From assembly GCA_965198185.1 (NCBI GenBank), contig CBDAOU010000001.1, forward strand, positions 636,310-700,309: a DNA stretch of 64,000 nt. Direction: 5' to 3'. Of this stretch, positions 38,890 through 49,084 are shown one piece after another. The notes under the pieces are model-generated. The model was not told where the DNA came from. It did not search any database and worked only from the letters and a program-made list of their open reading frames with translations. Made by a program: the position numbers and the translations under genes. Each line of letters starts with the position of its first letter. The stretch's first letter is position 1. The stretch comes from Chloroflexota bacterium (lineage in GTDB: Bacteria > Chloroflexota > UBA11872).

Positions 38890-40578
38890 ATGAGCAGCCT
38901 CACCGGCGCGGTGTGGGACATCCGCCGCCGCGCGCCGAAGGAGCTCTTTGCGCGGCTGGGGGACGTTCCGCCGCTGGCGGTGCAACTGCTGCACAACCGG
39001 GGCTACGGCGACGAGGCGGCGATCCGCGAGTTCCTGGACGGCCCGCTGCCGCCGCACGATCCCTACCTGCTCGACGGCATGGACGCGGCGGTGACGCGCG
39101 TGGCGCAGGCGCTCGCGCAGGGCGAGCGCGTCTACGTGTACGGCGACTATGACGTGGATGGCGTCACCGGCACGGCGCTGCTGCTGGAGACCTTCGAAAT
39201 GCTGGGCGCCGCCGCCACGCCCTACATTCCCGAGCGGCTGACCGAGGGCTACGGCCTCAACCACGACGCGATCGACGCGATTGGCGCTCAGGGCCCCGGG
39301 CTCATGGTGACGGTGGACTGCGGGATCGGCAGCGCGGATGTGATTGCGCGCGCGCGAGCGCACGGGATCGACACGATCGTGACGGATCACCATATCGGCG
39401 ACGGCGCTGACAGCGGCGCGGTGGCGGTGCTGAACCCCAACCAGCCGGGCGGCGCGTATCCGTTTCCGGGGCTCTCCGGCGTGGGCGTGGCCTACAAGCT
39501 GGTGCAGGCGCTGGCGGAGGAGATGCCGGAGCGCCTGCCGTATCCCGAGGAGTTTCTCGACCTCGTGGCCCTGGGCACCGTCGCGGACATGGCCCCGATC
39601 CGGGACGAGAACCGCACGTTCGTGGCCGAGGGTCTGGAAGCGCTTCGCAAAACCCAGCGCCGAGGTCTGCACGCGCTGGGTGAGGTTGCCCGTCGTCCCG
39701 TTTCACGCATCGACGCCGCCGACATTGCCTTTGGCTATGCGCCGCGACTCAATGCCGCCGGCCGGCTGGCGCGCGCCGATCTGGCGCTGCAATTGCTGCA
39801 AGCTCGCCAGTCAGTCGAGGCCGAATCGGTGGCCCACGAGCTGGACAACCTCAACATCGAGCGCCGCCGCCTGACGCAGCTGGTGATGGACGCGGCCGCG
39901 GCGCAGATCGACCCGGCCGAGCCCTTGGTCTTTGCCATCGGCGAGGAGTTTCCGCTGGGCGTCGTCGGGTTGGCGGCGGGCCGGCTGGTGGAGCAGACGG
40001 GGCTGCCCGCGTTCGTGGGGGCGCATGTGAACGGTGTCGTGCGCGGATCGGCGCGGGCGCCGGAGGGCGTTGGCCTAGCCGACGTGCTTGGCACGCAGGC
40101 GGAGGTACTTGATGCCTGGGGCGGGCACACCCAGGCGGCCGGGTTCACCGTGCGGCCCGAGCGCGTGGATGAGCTGCGCGATGGCCTGGCACGAGAGTTG
40201 GAGCGCGCCGGCGTGAAGGCGCCGGCCGAGCCGCGCTTGGACGCCGACTGCCGTGTCTATCCACGCACGGTGACCTGGGAGACCTACGAAATGACGCAGC
40301 AACTCGGGCCGTTCGGCGAGGCGCATGCCGAACCGCGGTTCGTGGTGGAGAATATTGCTATCGACGAGACGCGCGTCGTCGGCTCGACGCATCTGGCGCT
40401 GCGCTTCGCGGAACTGGGCGCCGATGTGGAGGGGATCTGGTTCGGGCAGGCGGACTTGCGCGCTGCGCTGCCGCCGGGTCGGCGCTGCGACGCCGCGTTT
40501 CGTCTAAATCTGCGCACGTTCAACGGCGAAACGCGGTTGCAAATGCTGATCGACGACATCCGCCACACGGCGGCCTAG
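38890..40578 (+). CDS. recJ: single-stranded-DNA-specific exonuclease RecJ
   Basis: DHH motifs 'VYVYGDYDVDGVT', 'TVDCG', 'VTDHH' and a DHHA1 domain. 562 aa. Confidence 0.9.
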   Translation: MSSLTGAVWDIRRRAPKELFARLGDVPPLAVQLLHNRGYGDEAAIREFLDGPLPPHDPYLLDGMDAAVTRVAQALAQGERVYVYGDYDVDGVTGTALLLETFEMLGAAATPYIPERLTEGYGLNHDAIDAIGAQGPGLMVTVDCGIGSADVIARARAHGIDTIVTDHHIGDGADSGAVAVLNPNQPGGAYPFPGLSGVGVAYKLVQALAEEMPERLPYPEEFLDLVALGTVADMAPIRDENRTFVAEGLEALRKTQRRGLHALGEVARRPVSRIDAADIAFGYAPRLNAAGRLARADLALQLLQARQSVEAESVAHELDNLNIERRRLTQLVMDAAAAQIDPAEPLVFAIGEEFPLGVVGLAAGRLVEQTGLPAFVGAHVNGVVRGSARAPEGVGLADVLGTQAEVLDAWGGHTQAAGFTVRPERVDELRDGLARELERAGVKAPAEPRLDADCRVYPRTVTWETYEMTQQLGPFGEAHAEPRFVVENIAIDETRVVGSTHLALRFAELGADVEGIWFGQADLRAALPPGRRCDAAFRLNLRTFNGETRLQMLIDDIRHTAA

Positions 40579-40590
40579 CGGAGGCGTCGC

Positions 40591-42987
40591 ATGCCGGTCT
40601 CCGTGACGGCCACGCTGGCGCCGATGGTGAGCGCGGACACGCCCGCGCTGGCGGTCGATGAGTTGCTGGAGCGGGTGGCGGCCTATACGTCCGCCGACGA
40701 TCAACCGGAGGTCAGCGACCTCGTGCGCCGGGCGTACGACGCCGCCGAGCGGGCGCATGCGCCGCAGAAGCGGTTGTCCGGCGAGCCGTACATCCAGCAC
40801 GTGCTGGCGGTGGCCATGCTGCTGGCCGATTTGCACCTCGACTCCGACACGGTCGCCGCCGGTCTGCTGCACGACGCCGTCGAGGACACCAGCCTGAGCC
40901 TGGACGGGATCCGGCGGCAGTTCGGGAGCGCGGTGGCGGACATGGTCGACGGGGTGACCAAACTGGAGCGCGTCACCGTCGCCAGCCTGGACGAGCAACA
41001 GGCACAGAACCTGCGCAAGGTGCTGCTGGCGATGGCGCGCGACGTGCGGGTTGTGCTCATCAAGCTCGCCGACCGGCTGCACAACGTGCGCACGGCCTGG
41101 GTGTATTCGGCTGAGAAACGCGCCCGGTACGGGCAGGAAACGCTCGAGATCTTCGCGCCGCTGGCCGGGCGGCTCGGCATTGAGGAATGGCGCTGGCAGC
41201 TCGAGGACTATGCCCTCAAGCTGTTGGACCCCGATCGCTACCGCGATCTGGCCCGCTGGCTGCTCGCCGAGCGGCGCGCGCGCGAAGCCGCCATCGCCGA
41301 GGTGCAGGAACAGCTGCGACGCGGGCTCGACGAGGCGGGCATCGACGCGCAAATCCAAAGCCGGGTCAAGCACATCTACAGCATCGAGCGGAAGATCCGG
41401 CGCAAGGGGGCCGACCGCGAGTCGATCTACGACATTCTGGCGATCCGCGTCATCGTGCACTCCCAGCAGGACTGCTACGGCGCGCTGGGCGTGGTGCACG
41501 GCGCCTGGCGCCACATTCCGGTCGAGTTCGACGACTACATCTCGGCGCCCAAGGAGAACGGCTACCAGTCGCTGCATACCGCGGTGCTGGGGCCTGACGG
41601 GAAGCCGCTGGAAGTGCAGATCCGCACGCGCGATATGCATCAGAACGCGGAATACGGCGTGGCGGCGCACTGGCGCTATAAGGAGGGCGGCCCGCTGGGA
41701 CCGGAGGCCTTCCTGGACAAGCTGGCCTGGATCCGGCAGATCCTCAGCTGGCAGGAAGACGGCGACTCGGCGGGGTCCTTCGTGGATGCCGTCAAGACCG
41801 ACTTCTTCAGCGACACCGTGTTCGTGTTCACGCCCAAGGGCGAGGTCAAGGACTTCCCCATCGGCAGCACGCCGCTGGACTTCGCCTATCGCATCCACAG
41901 CGACGTGGGCCACTCCTGCATCGGGGCCAAGGTCAACCGCCGCCTGGTGCCGCTGGACCACGAGCTGGAGAACGGCGACGTGGTGGAGGTTCTGACGAGC
42001 ACGAGCAGCAAGGGACCAAGCCGGGCGTGGCTCTCGCTGGTGCGCACGGCGCATGCGCGCGACAAGATCCGCCGCTGGTTCAAACAGCACGAGAAGGCCG
42101 AGAACGTCGTCTCGGGCCGCGCATTGCTCGACCGGGAATTGCGGCGCGTGGGCCAGGGCGGCGTCGCGAACGTGCCCGAGGCCGACCTGAAGGCGATCGC
42201 GACCGCGCTGGGCTACCTGGATGTCGAGAGCTTGCTGGCCGGCGTCGGCTACGGCGCCACGACGGTGCACCAGGTGGTCACGCGGCTGCGGCTCACCCCA
42301 GAGGTGGCGGAGCCGGAGGTGCCGGAAACGCTGGAGCCGGACGAGCGGCGCGACGTGCAGCCGCTGGTCAACGTGCTCGGCGCCGGCAACCTGCTCACGC
42401 GCGTCGCGGCCTGCTGCCATCCGCTGCCGGGGGACGACATCGTGGGGTTCATCACCCGCGGTCACGGGGTCAGCATCCATCGACGCAACTGCGCCAACGT
42501 GCACAACGTGTCCGAACCCGAGCGCCTGGTGCCGGTGTCATGGGCCGACCGATTGGTTGAGACCGACTCCGACCTGCCCGTCCGTCTGGCCGGCTGCTGC
42601 ACCCCGAGACCCGGCGGACACATCGAGGGCGTGGCGACGAACGGCGCGATTGAGGTGCACCGGCGCAGCTGCCGCGCGCTGGCCGGCGAGGCCGACGCGC
42701 GCGTGCCGGTGCGTTGGATCGAGGACGATACCCAGAGCCTGCCGGTCAGCATCCGCGTGGTGGCGCACGACCGCGAAGGGCTGACGCACGACGTCACCGG
42801 AATCATTCGGGAAGAAGGGCTCAACATCGCCACCATGTCGGTGCGAACGAACCGGCGGCAGGAGGCCACGTTCCGGCTCACCGTGGCGCTGCGCAGCGTG
42901 GCGCAACTGGCCCGACTGCTGCGGCGCATCGAGACCGTTCGGGGTGTCGTTGCCGTCTCACGTGAGGGTGCGCGGGCGCGGCAATAG
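40591..42987 (+). CDS. relA: bifunctional (p)ppGpp synthetase/hydrolase RelA/SpoT
   Basis: HD hydrolase domain 'HDAVEDT', synthetase domain 'RVKHIYSIERK...YQSLHT', TGS and ACT domains. 798 aa. Confidence 0.9.
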   Translation: MPVSVTATLAPMVSADTPALAVDELLERVAAYTSADDQPEVSDLVRRAYDAAERAHAPQKRLSGEPYIQHVLAVAMLLADLHLDSDTVAAGLLHDAVEDTSLSLDGIRRQFGSAVADMVDGVTKLERVTVASLDEQQAQNLRKVLLAMARDVRVVLIKLADRLHNVRTAWVYSAEKRARYGQETLEIFAPLAGRLGIEEWRWQLEDYALKLLDPDRYRDLARWLLAERRAREAAIAEVQEQLRRGLDEAGIDAQIQSRVKHIYSIERKIRRKGADRESIYDILAIRVIVHSQQDCYGALGVVHGAWRHIPVEFDDYISAPKENGYQSLHTAVLGPDGKPLEVQIRTRDMHQNAEYGVAAHWRYKEGGPLGPEAFLDKLAWIRQILSWQEDGDSAGSFVDAVKTDFFSDTVFVFTPKGEVKDFPIGSTPLDFAYRIHSDVGHSCIGAKVNRRLVPLDHELENGDVVEVLTSTSSKGPSRAWLSLVRTAHARDKIRRWFKQHEKAENVVSGRALLDRELRRVGQGGVANVPEADLKAIATALGYLDVESLLAGVGYGATTVHQVVTRLRLTPEVAEPEVPETLEPDERRDVQPLVNVLGAGNLLTRVAACCHPLPGDDIVGFITRGHGVSIHRRNCANVHNVSEPERLVPVSWADRLVETDSDLPVRLAGCCTPRPGGHIEGVATNGAIEVHRRSCRALAGEADARVPVRWIEDDTQSLPVSIRVVAHDREGLTHDVTGIIREEGLNIATMSVRTNRRQEATFRLTVALRSVAQLARLLRRIETVRGVVAVSREGARARQ

Positions 42988-43135
42988 CAGGGGCTGGCAG
43001 GCCCCGAAGCTAACCGGACACGGGGCCGGTTGCGCGGTGCCATGTCCACCGTGACGCTGTAAGCGGGCGTCGAGGCGCGCGCGGGGTACCGTGAGCCGAG
43101 TCCGGCGAGCGACGCACCACACCATTGGAGAAGTC

Positions 43136-44038
43136 ATGGCGAATCAATTGGCGACCGCGACGTTGGGACGAACGGGTCTGGAAGTGACGCGACTGGGTTA
43201 CGGCGCCATGGAGGTTCGCGGCGGGCCGCGAGGGCGTGCCACCACCGATGCCGAGGCGGAGGCCATCCTCGCGGCGGTGCTCGACGCCGGGATCACCTAT
43301 ATCGACACCTCCAACGACTACGGGCTGAGCGAGGAGCTGATCGGCCGGTACATCTCCGACCGGCGGGACGAGTATTTCCTGGCCACCAAGTGCGGCTGCG
43401 TGGGGCCCGCCGGCGGTCAGCACGTTTGGACGCGTGAAAACTTGATGCGCGGGCTGGAGCAGAGTTTGGAGCTGCTGCGAACCGACTACGTCGACGTGAT
43501 GCAGCTACACGGCGCATCCATTGAGGAATCGGAGCGCGAGGGCGTGGTGGACACGCTGAACGAGATGCGCGAGCAGGGAAAGGTGCGGCACATCGCCACC
43601 TCGACCTCGGTGCCGAACCTGCCGACATTCATCGAGTGGGGGGCGTTCGATCTCTTTCAGATCCCCTATTCGGCGCTGAACCGCGAGCACGAGGAGTGGA
43701 TCAGCAAATCGGCTCAGGCGGGGATCGGGACCGTGATCCGCGGGGGCGTGCAGAAGGGCGAGCCCGGCGAAGGTGGCGGCCGGGCCGATGCCTGGGTCAA
43801 GTTCGAGCAGGCCAATCTCGACGAGCTGCGCGCCGAGGGCGAGAGCCGCACGGCCTTCATATTGCGGTACACGCTGAGTCACCCGGACGTGCACACGATC
43901 ATCGTGGGAACGAAGAACCCGGCTCACCTGCGGGAGAACCTGGCAACGGAGCAGCGCGGTCCGTTGGCCGCGGAAGTCTACGCCGAGGCCAAGCGCCGGC
44001 TGGACGCCGTCGGCGAGACGCCAGAGAGCGCGGGGTAG
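43136..44038 (+). CDS. aldo/keto reductase
   Basis: 'LGRTGLEVTRLGYGAM', 'IDTSNDYG', catalytic tetrad context. Start at the Met of 'MANQLATATLGRTG'. Confidence 0.85.
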   Translation: MANQLATATLGRTGLEVTRLGYGAMEVRGGPRGRATTDAEAEAILAAVLDAGITYIDTSNDYGLSEELIGRYISDRRDEYFLATKCGCVGPAGGQHVWTRENLMRGLEQSLELLRTDYVDVMQLHGASIEESEREGVVDTLNEMREQGKVRHIATSTSVPNLPTFIEWGAFDLFQIPYSALNREHEEWISKSAQAGIGTVIRGGVQKGEPGEGGGRADAWVKFEQANLDELRAEGESRTAFILRYTLSHPDVHTIIVGTKNPAHLRENLATEQRGPLAAEVYAEAKRRLDAVGETPESAG

Positions 44039-44372
44039 CTAGCGTCGGACGCGGCGGTGCGGCTATGTCGGCGGCCCCTCAATCAGGGCGGATGGTGCGT
44101 CACGGCGCGGGTACCGGAGTGGCCGCGAGAACGTGATTCACAGACCCGATCCGTCGTGTGTGGGCAATGAGCCGGGGGGAACTGCACGCGCGGTCCCGGC
44201 GATTGTGTCGACTGTTGCTGACCGGCTTGGGGAAGCCCCACGCTGCACGCAGCGCGGGCCACCGAAGCTCGGATCGGGCCGTCTGGCGCGCTCCGTCTCC
44301 GCGTACACCGCTTTGACCCAAGCGCCTTACTGAAATAGCCTATTCGGTAAGGTAGACCCTCAGGAGGCGACT

Positions 44373-44615
44373 GTGCGGGTCAAGATCACGTCCAAGCGCC
44401 AGGTCACCTTTCCCGCACATGTGCTGGATGCCCTGGGTCTGCAGCCGGGCGACCGGCTCGACCTTGAGGAAGGGCCGGACGGCTTCTTGCTGCGCCCCGT
44501 GCGAGTCGATTCGACCCGCCTCGCACCGCTGCGCGACAAGCTCCAACGCGGGATTGGCGCCTTCGATCTTGAGAAGTTCCGGGAGCAACGCCATGACCCA
44601 GCGCTTCGGGATTGA
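44373..44615 (+). CDS. vapB: AbrB/MazE/SpoVT-family antitoxin (VapB-like)
   Basis: 'VKITSKRQVTFPAHVLDALGLQPGDRLDLEE' is a swapped-hairpin AbrB-fold signature. GTG start. Confidence 0.7.
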   Translation: MRVKITSKRQVTFPAHVLDALGLQPGDRLDLEEGPDGFLLRPVRVDSTRLAPLRDKLQRGIGAFDLEKFREQRHDPALRD

Positions 44616-44991
44616 CACGTCGGTCCTCGTGCGTTTGCTGACGGGAGAGCCGGAGGCCGAATTCGATCGTTGCGCTGCCAGACTGAGGGCGCAGGTCGAG
44701 GACGACGGTGCAGAGATATTCGCCTCGAACCAGGTCATTGGCGAGACGTACATCGCCGTTCAGCATCACTACGGGGTTTCGAAGCGGGACGCGCGCGCGG
44801 CGCTGCTCGACGTGTTGGGCAGCGGTCTGGTCGCTCCCCTCAATGGGTATTCGGCGCTGGCGACCATTGGATCGTCGTCGGGTGCGGGCCTGCTTGACCG
44901 GCTCATTGCGGACGACTATGCGCGCGCCGGACTTACGACGCTGACCCTTGACGCAAAAATGGCCTCGCTACCCGGCGCCGATCGACTATGA
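44593..44991 (+). CDS. vapC: PIN-domain toxin VapC
   Basis: 'MTQRFGIDTSVLVRLLTGEP...' N-terminal PIN aspartate. Start is an internal Met of ORF 44419..44991. Overlaps vapB by 23 nt. Confidence 0.8.
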   Translation: MTQRFGIDTSVLVRLLTGEPEAEFDRCAARLRAQVEDDGAEIFASNQVIGETYIAVQHHYGVSKRDARAALLDVLGSGLVAPLNGYSALATIGSSSGAGLLDRLIADDYARAGLTTLTLDAKMASLPGADRL

Positions 44992-45826
44992 AGAGGCGGC
45001 CTTAGGCGACACGTCCTCGCCGTGCAGCCAGCGGAGGCCGCCCGGCCAGCCGCGCGCGGACTGCTCCAGGATCGAGCGGATGTAGGCGTTGAGCGCGCTG
45101 ACCGTGAAGTCGTACCTTTCGGCTTCCCACACGAAGTAGTTCACGATGGCGACGCCCAGGAACTGCGCCGCCGAGCTGTATCCACCGTGGGGCCGGCGGT
45201 GGGCGGCAATGAGGTGCGGGGCGCGCTGGAGATCCCAGGCCGACGCCGGCGCGCCGTCTTGGTGGCGGTAGACGACCCCGTGCACGACGTCGACACAGCC
45301 CCAGCGTCCCTGGCGAAGCACTTCGACGATGGCATGACCGCTGTAGGCCGCCGTCGTGTTGAAAAGATCAACCAACCTGGCCGGCAAGCCCGGCGACTTG
45401 GCACAGCACGCAGCCAACGCGGGCCAGGTCGGTGCACCAGTCGGTGCCGCGTTCGACGATGGCCTCCTCGGTGCCTCCCAGCCTGAGATCGTCGAGGCTG
45501 ATCGTCGGCGGCCTGCGCGATGGCCGCGCACCAGCGGGCGATGCCGTCGACATCTCGTCCGGGGTTGTGGCGCCGGCGGTCGCCTCGCCCAGGAAGCGCT
45601 CCAGCTCAGGCCGTGATCCGTGGCGATAGCGCAGCGTCGTGGGCGTGTAGGACGTATAGAGATAGTCGGCGGTCGCCGTGCCAAGCCGGATCATGCGCTG
45701 GGAGAGGACACGGTCGACCGATCCCGGGGCATGGGCGTCGCCGGCCAGCATGATCTGGTAGGCCGGCCCGAACTGGTCTTCGCCGACGTACTCGGCGATC
45801 TCAGGTGGAGTGTTGGGCACGGGCAT
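44986..45826 (-). pseudogene. transglutaminase-like cysteine peptidase family protein, single frameshift
   Basis: N-terminal part in ORF 45368..45826 ('RGTDWCTDLARVGCVLCQVAG') and C-terminal part in ORF 44986..45684 ('LPARLVDLFNT...GHAIVEVL...GCVDVVHG') lie in different frames. A 1-nt indel near 45385-45395 restores 'CQVAGLPARLVDLF'. Confidence 0.5.
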
Positions 45827-46032
45827 GTGTCGAGATCCCGCGGCACCGGTCCGCTACCCGGCCAAGCGCCCCTGGAGTTGGGCACCCGAGCGCCCATCTG
45901 GTGAGTTGCCAAGACCCTTCATCGGACCGATGCCAGCCTGGGGCAACGGATTGGCGAGCAAGTCTATGCCGCGCTTAGGACGAGTGTCCGGCCTCGTAGG
46001 CTCAGTGCAGCCCACGAGCTAGGTTGCGGACT

Positions 46033-48658
46033 CAGGCGGCGTCAGGCACGACGCGCCATAGTCGCCCGGTGGGACCCGGGTTTACGCCTTGCGGGATATC
46101 GGCGCTGAATTCCAAGAAATACAACCCGTCCGCCAGATAGGCCACTCCAGTAATGGGCGCCAAGCCGTGGCCGACATACTTCACGAACGTCATCGGACGT
46201 CCCGCCACGGCACCGGTGGCGTCCAGCTTGATTTCCCAGATCTCCTTGCGTGGTCGATGGTCCCTCTGACGAAGCTATGCGGCTCCGGCCCGAACGCGCC
46301 CACGTAGAGATTGCCCTGACGGTCCGCCGCAAACGGCCCGCCAACGGCAAATGCAACGCCCACGGGTGCGATGGCCGGGCTGAAGAACCACAGCCCGCGC
46401 TGCAGGAGGCTGCTATCGGTCCCGGCGTAGCCATAGTTTTGCCCCGCCTCCAGGCGCAGCAGGCGATCAACGTCATAGCCGTTCTCTGCCGTATAGATCG
46501 CGTCGTCGCCAGGACGCTGAGCCAGGGCGACGAAGTTGCGCAACCCCTTGGCCCACTGATAGGACACCGGCGCTTCAGGTTGTGCGGGGTCAAAGCGGGG
46601 ATTGTCGGCAGGCGCGCTGCCATCCCGATTCAGCCGGAGCACCTTGCCGCCAAAGTAGGCGTCGTCCAGCCCCCGCGTGAGTGTGCAACCGCCCCGTTGC
46701 CGACCGCCACGTAGAGCTGGCCATCGACCGTCCGAAGACCCGCAGCCCCTGAATCTGCGTGCGGAGGGTTCCGTCGCTTCGCCCTCCATGCGCAACACGT
46801 CCACGGCGCGCGCCGCCGTTGCGGCCGCGTGTCGTGCGACTCTCCAAGCGCACCCGATCTTGTTATAAAGCGATGGATCTCCGTCGCGGTAGGTCATCGA
46901 TCATAGACGTCGACCTGGCTCGTGGATCGACCGCAATCAATAGATTCCCGGTTTCACCCTCGAACTCCGTGACCGGCGCCGAGGGCTGCTCGTTGAGGAT
47001 GTTCGTCGCATAGGTCCACACCGAGCCATCCCTTCCAAGCGCCTTGACCGACCCGGCGAGTTCGGTGACGTACGCCACGGGGGCGTCCGGGGCGTCGGTT
47101 GGCAATGGCACCGGCGCCAGCAGCACCGGCAGTGTGAACCCGCCCGCCACCAACTCGACCCGAAATTCCTCACGCACCCTCCATGGCACCGCCGGCTGGC
47201 GGGCCTGTGCGTGCAAAAACAGCTTGGGTTCCGTGTCAGCCCGGTCCAGCGGCGTGTCGTCCGGCTCAAAGTGGAAAGCCCCCCTGGCCGTCGGCGCGGC
47301 GATCAGCACCGCGCCGGGGTCAAGCTTCAGCCAGGGCAACCACGCGAACCGCCGCACCCCCGTCGCATCCAAGAAGGACAGTTCCGATGCCGGGGTCTCG
47401 AGCCCATCCGGGCCCGCCTCAAACTTGAAGAACACGCTCGCGTAGCGCTCGGCTGGTTCGAAGTCGCGCATCACGTTGCCCGTGGCCGTGCCGGTGATCT
47501 CCTGCAGTCCGCCGACCGGGCTGGTGATCTGCAGCGTGGCGCCGGCGGTCAGCGCGACGGGCGTGCCGTCGTCATGCCTGCGCCAGCGGACTATGCGGCT
47601 GAATGTCACCCGTGTCCGCATCGGCTTGGTGATCGGAACTTGTCTTGCTCGACGTCCACGGCCATCCACAGATCCGACCACGCCTTCACTCGCTGAGCGG
47701 ATCGCCGCTGGAATCGCGGTGGCGCGCACGGATGGCGTAGGCCGTCTTGTGCCTCAGGCCCATCCGCCCCGCCAGCGGACCCTGGAAGACACCGCGTTCA
47801 AGCGTCGCCTGGTCGAGAGGACCCGTTGTCACTATGGCCGTCCACACCCGCGTATGGCGGTGCAACTCCCAGATCCCAAACTCCGTCGCCGTGTGGCGGT
47901 CGCCCGGGTCTGCGTCGACGAACGGCTCCGTCTGCAGCGTGACGAATACGGGGGAGAGCCCGTCGCGCAGGAGCACAGTCGCCGGCTCAATCAGGGGAGG
48001 CGCCTGCGGCGGCGTGTTGCCGCTGGCCGCCGGCGTGAGCACCGGCGCCACCCGCGGCGTCGGTGCCGGCAATTCCGCGGCGGTCACAGCGGTCGCGTCC
48101 TCTGGCGCCAGCAAGGTGTCGTCGGCCAAATCAATCGTGAGGTTTACGTCGCCGTCCAACACACCGCGCTGGTTGAGGATGAAGGCGGTGATTTGCAGAT
48201 ACTCGGGGTTAATGAGGCCCCCGGGACCCACACCTCCGGCGGGCATACGATTGCGGATGTAGTCGTAGAGGTCGAGTGCCGTGGCATAGCGCTCGGTGCA
48301 GCTGCAGGTCCAGCGAGCGTCGGGACGGTGCCTCGGCCAGGTCGTCCCCATGACCACGGCGCAGTGCTCCGCGTACGGATCAATGTCCGCATCTCGACTT
48401 CGATTCAGGAGTCGCCGCGGCCGTCGATTCAGCTGGTGCTTCGACGGTCGCGCCAGGCGTCGGCCCAGCCGTCGGGGCCGTCTCCAACGGCGATGCCGAC
48501 TCGCTGCTCGGGCCTTCCAGTGCCAGCACGAGCAGCAGCGCCGCAAGCCCGAACGCCGCCACCGCGATGCCCGGCGATGCGCGGGCCAGCGTCTCCCGGC
48601 TCATGGGCGTCCTCTGGTCATGCCCGGCACCCCGAGGTTTCGGCGCTCGCCATGTCAC
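46033..48658 (-). pseudogene. membrane-anchored cytochrome c – PQQ-dependent sugar dehydrogenase (glucose/sorbosone DH family), at least 3-4 frameshifts
   Basis: Four pieces in different minus-strand frames. (1) A signal/TM plus PT-rich linker (48658-48380). (2) A cytochrome-c-like 'LYDYIRNRMPAGGVGPGGLINPEYLQITAFILN' (to 47686). (3) GSDH segments 'DGQLYVAVGNG', 'GGKVLRLNRDGSAPADNPRF', 'TAENGYDVDRLLRLEAGQNYGY'. (4) A C-terminal 'EIWEIKLDATG...RVVPDAA*'. Confidence 0.5.
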
Positions 48659-49084
48659 CCCACCTAACTGTTCGCCACTGGCGTCGCTCTAGCCCCGATC
48701 CGGGGCATGATGCCAGCCCACCCAGCTCCCGTCGCAGTCCGCGCATCGCCGGACAGCCGGAACCGGACTTTTCAAGGGCGGGGCGTTGCTGAGGTCCCGC
48801 ACGTCGCTGGCAACGAATTGTCCCGAGGAGTGTCTGATCTTTCGGCCTGATCGACGTTGTCGTCAGGGCGTCGCGGACGAGGCTGCGCATCTGCAACGCG
48901 ATGCATGGTAGGCAGGCGCGACGGCGTACGCTGTCAACGCCCGGTGGGAGTGGTCCATCATGCCTGGCCGGATTCTTCGAGCCGCGAGTCGCCCCATGGC
49001 AGCCATCCCTGGATCGCGCCACCGACCCGGTGGTCGCGCGCACCTGACTCACCCGCGCTTGCGGCTGAACGCCCCGTCCCGGCC

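Noticed and set aside
40504-42504. 666-aa minus-strand ORF
   Set aside because: Antisense of relA/spoT. Typical high-GC shadow frame.
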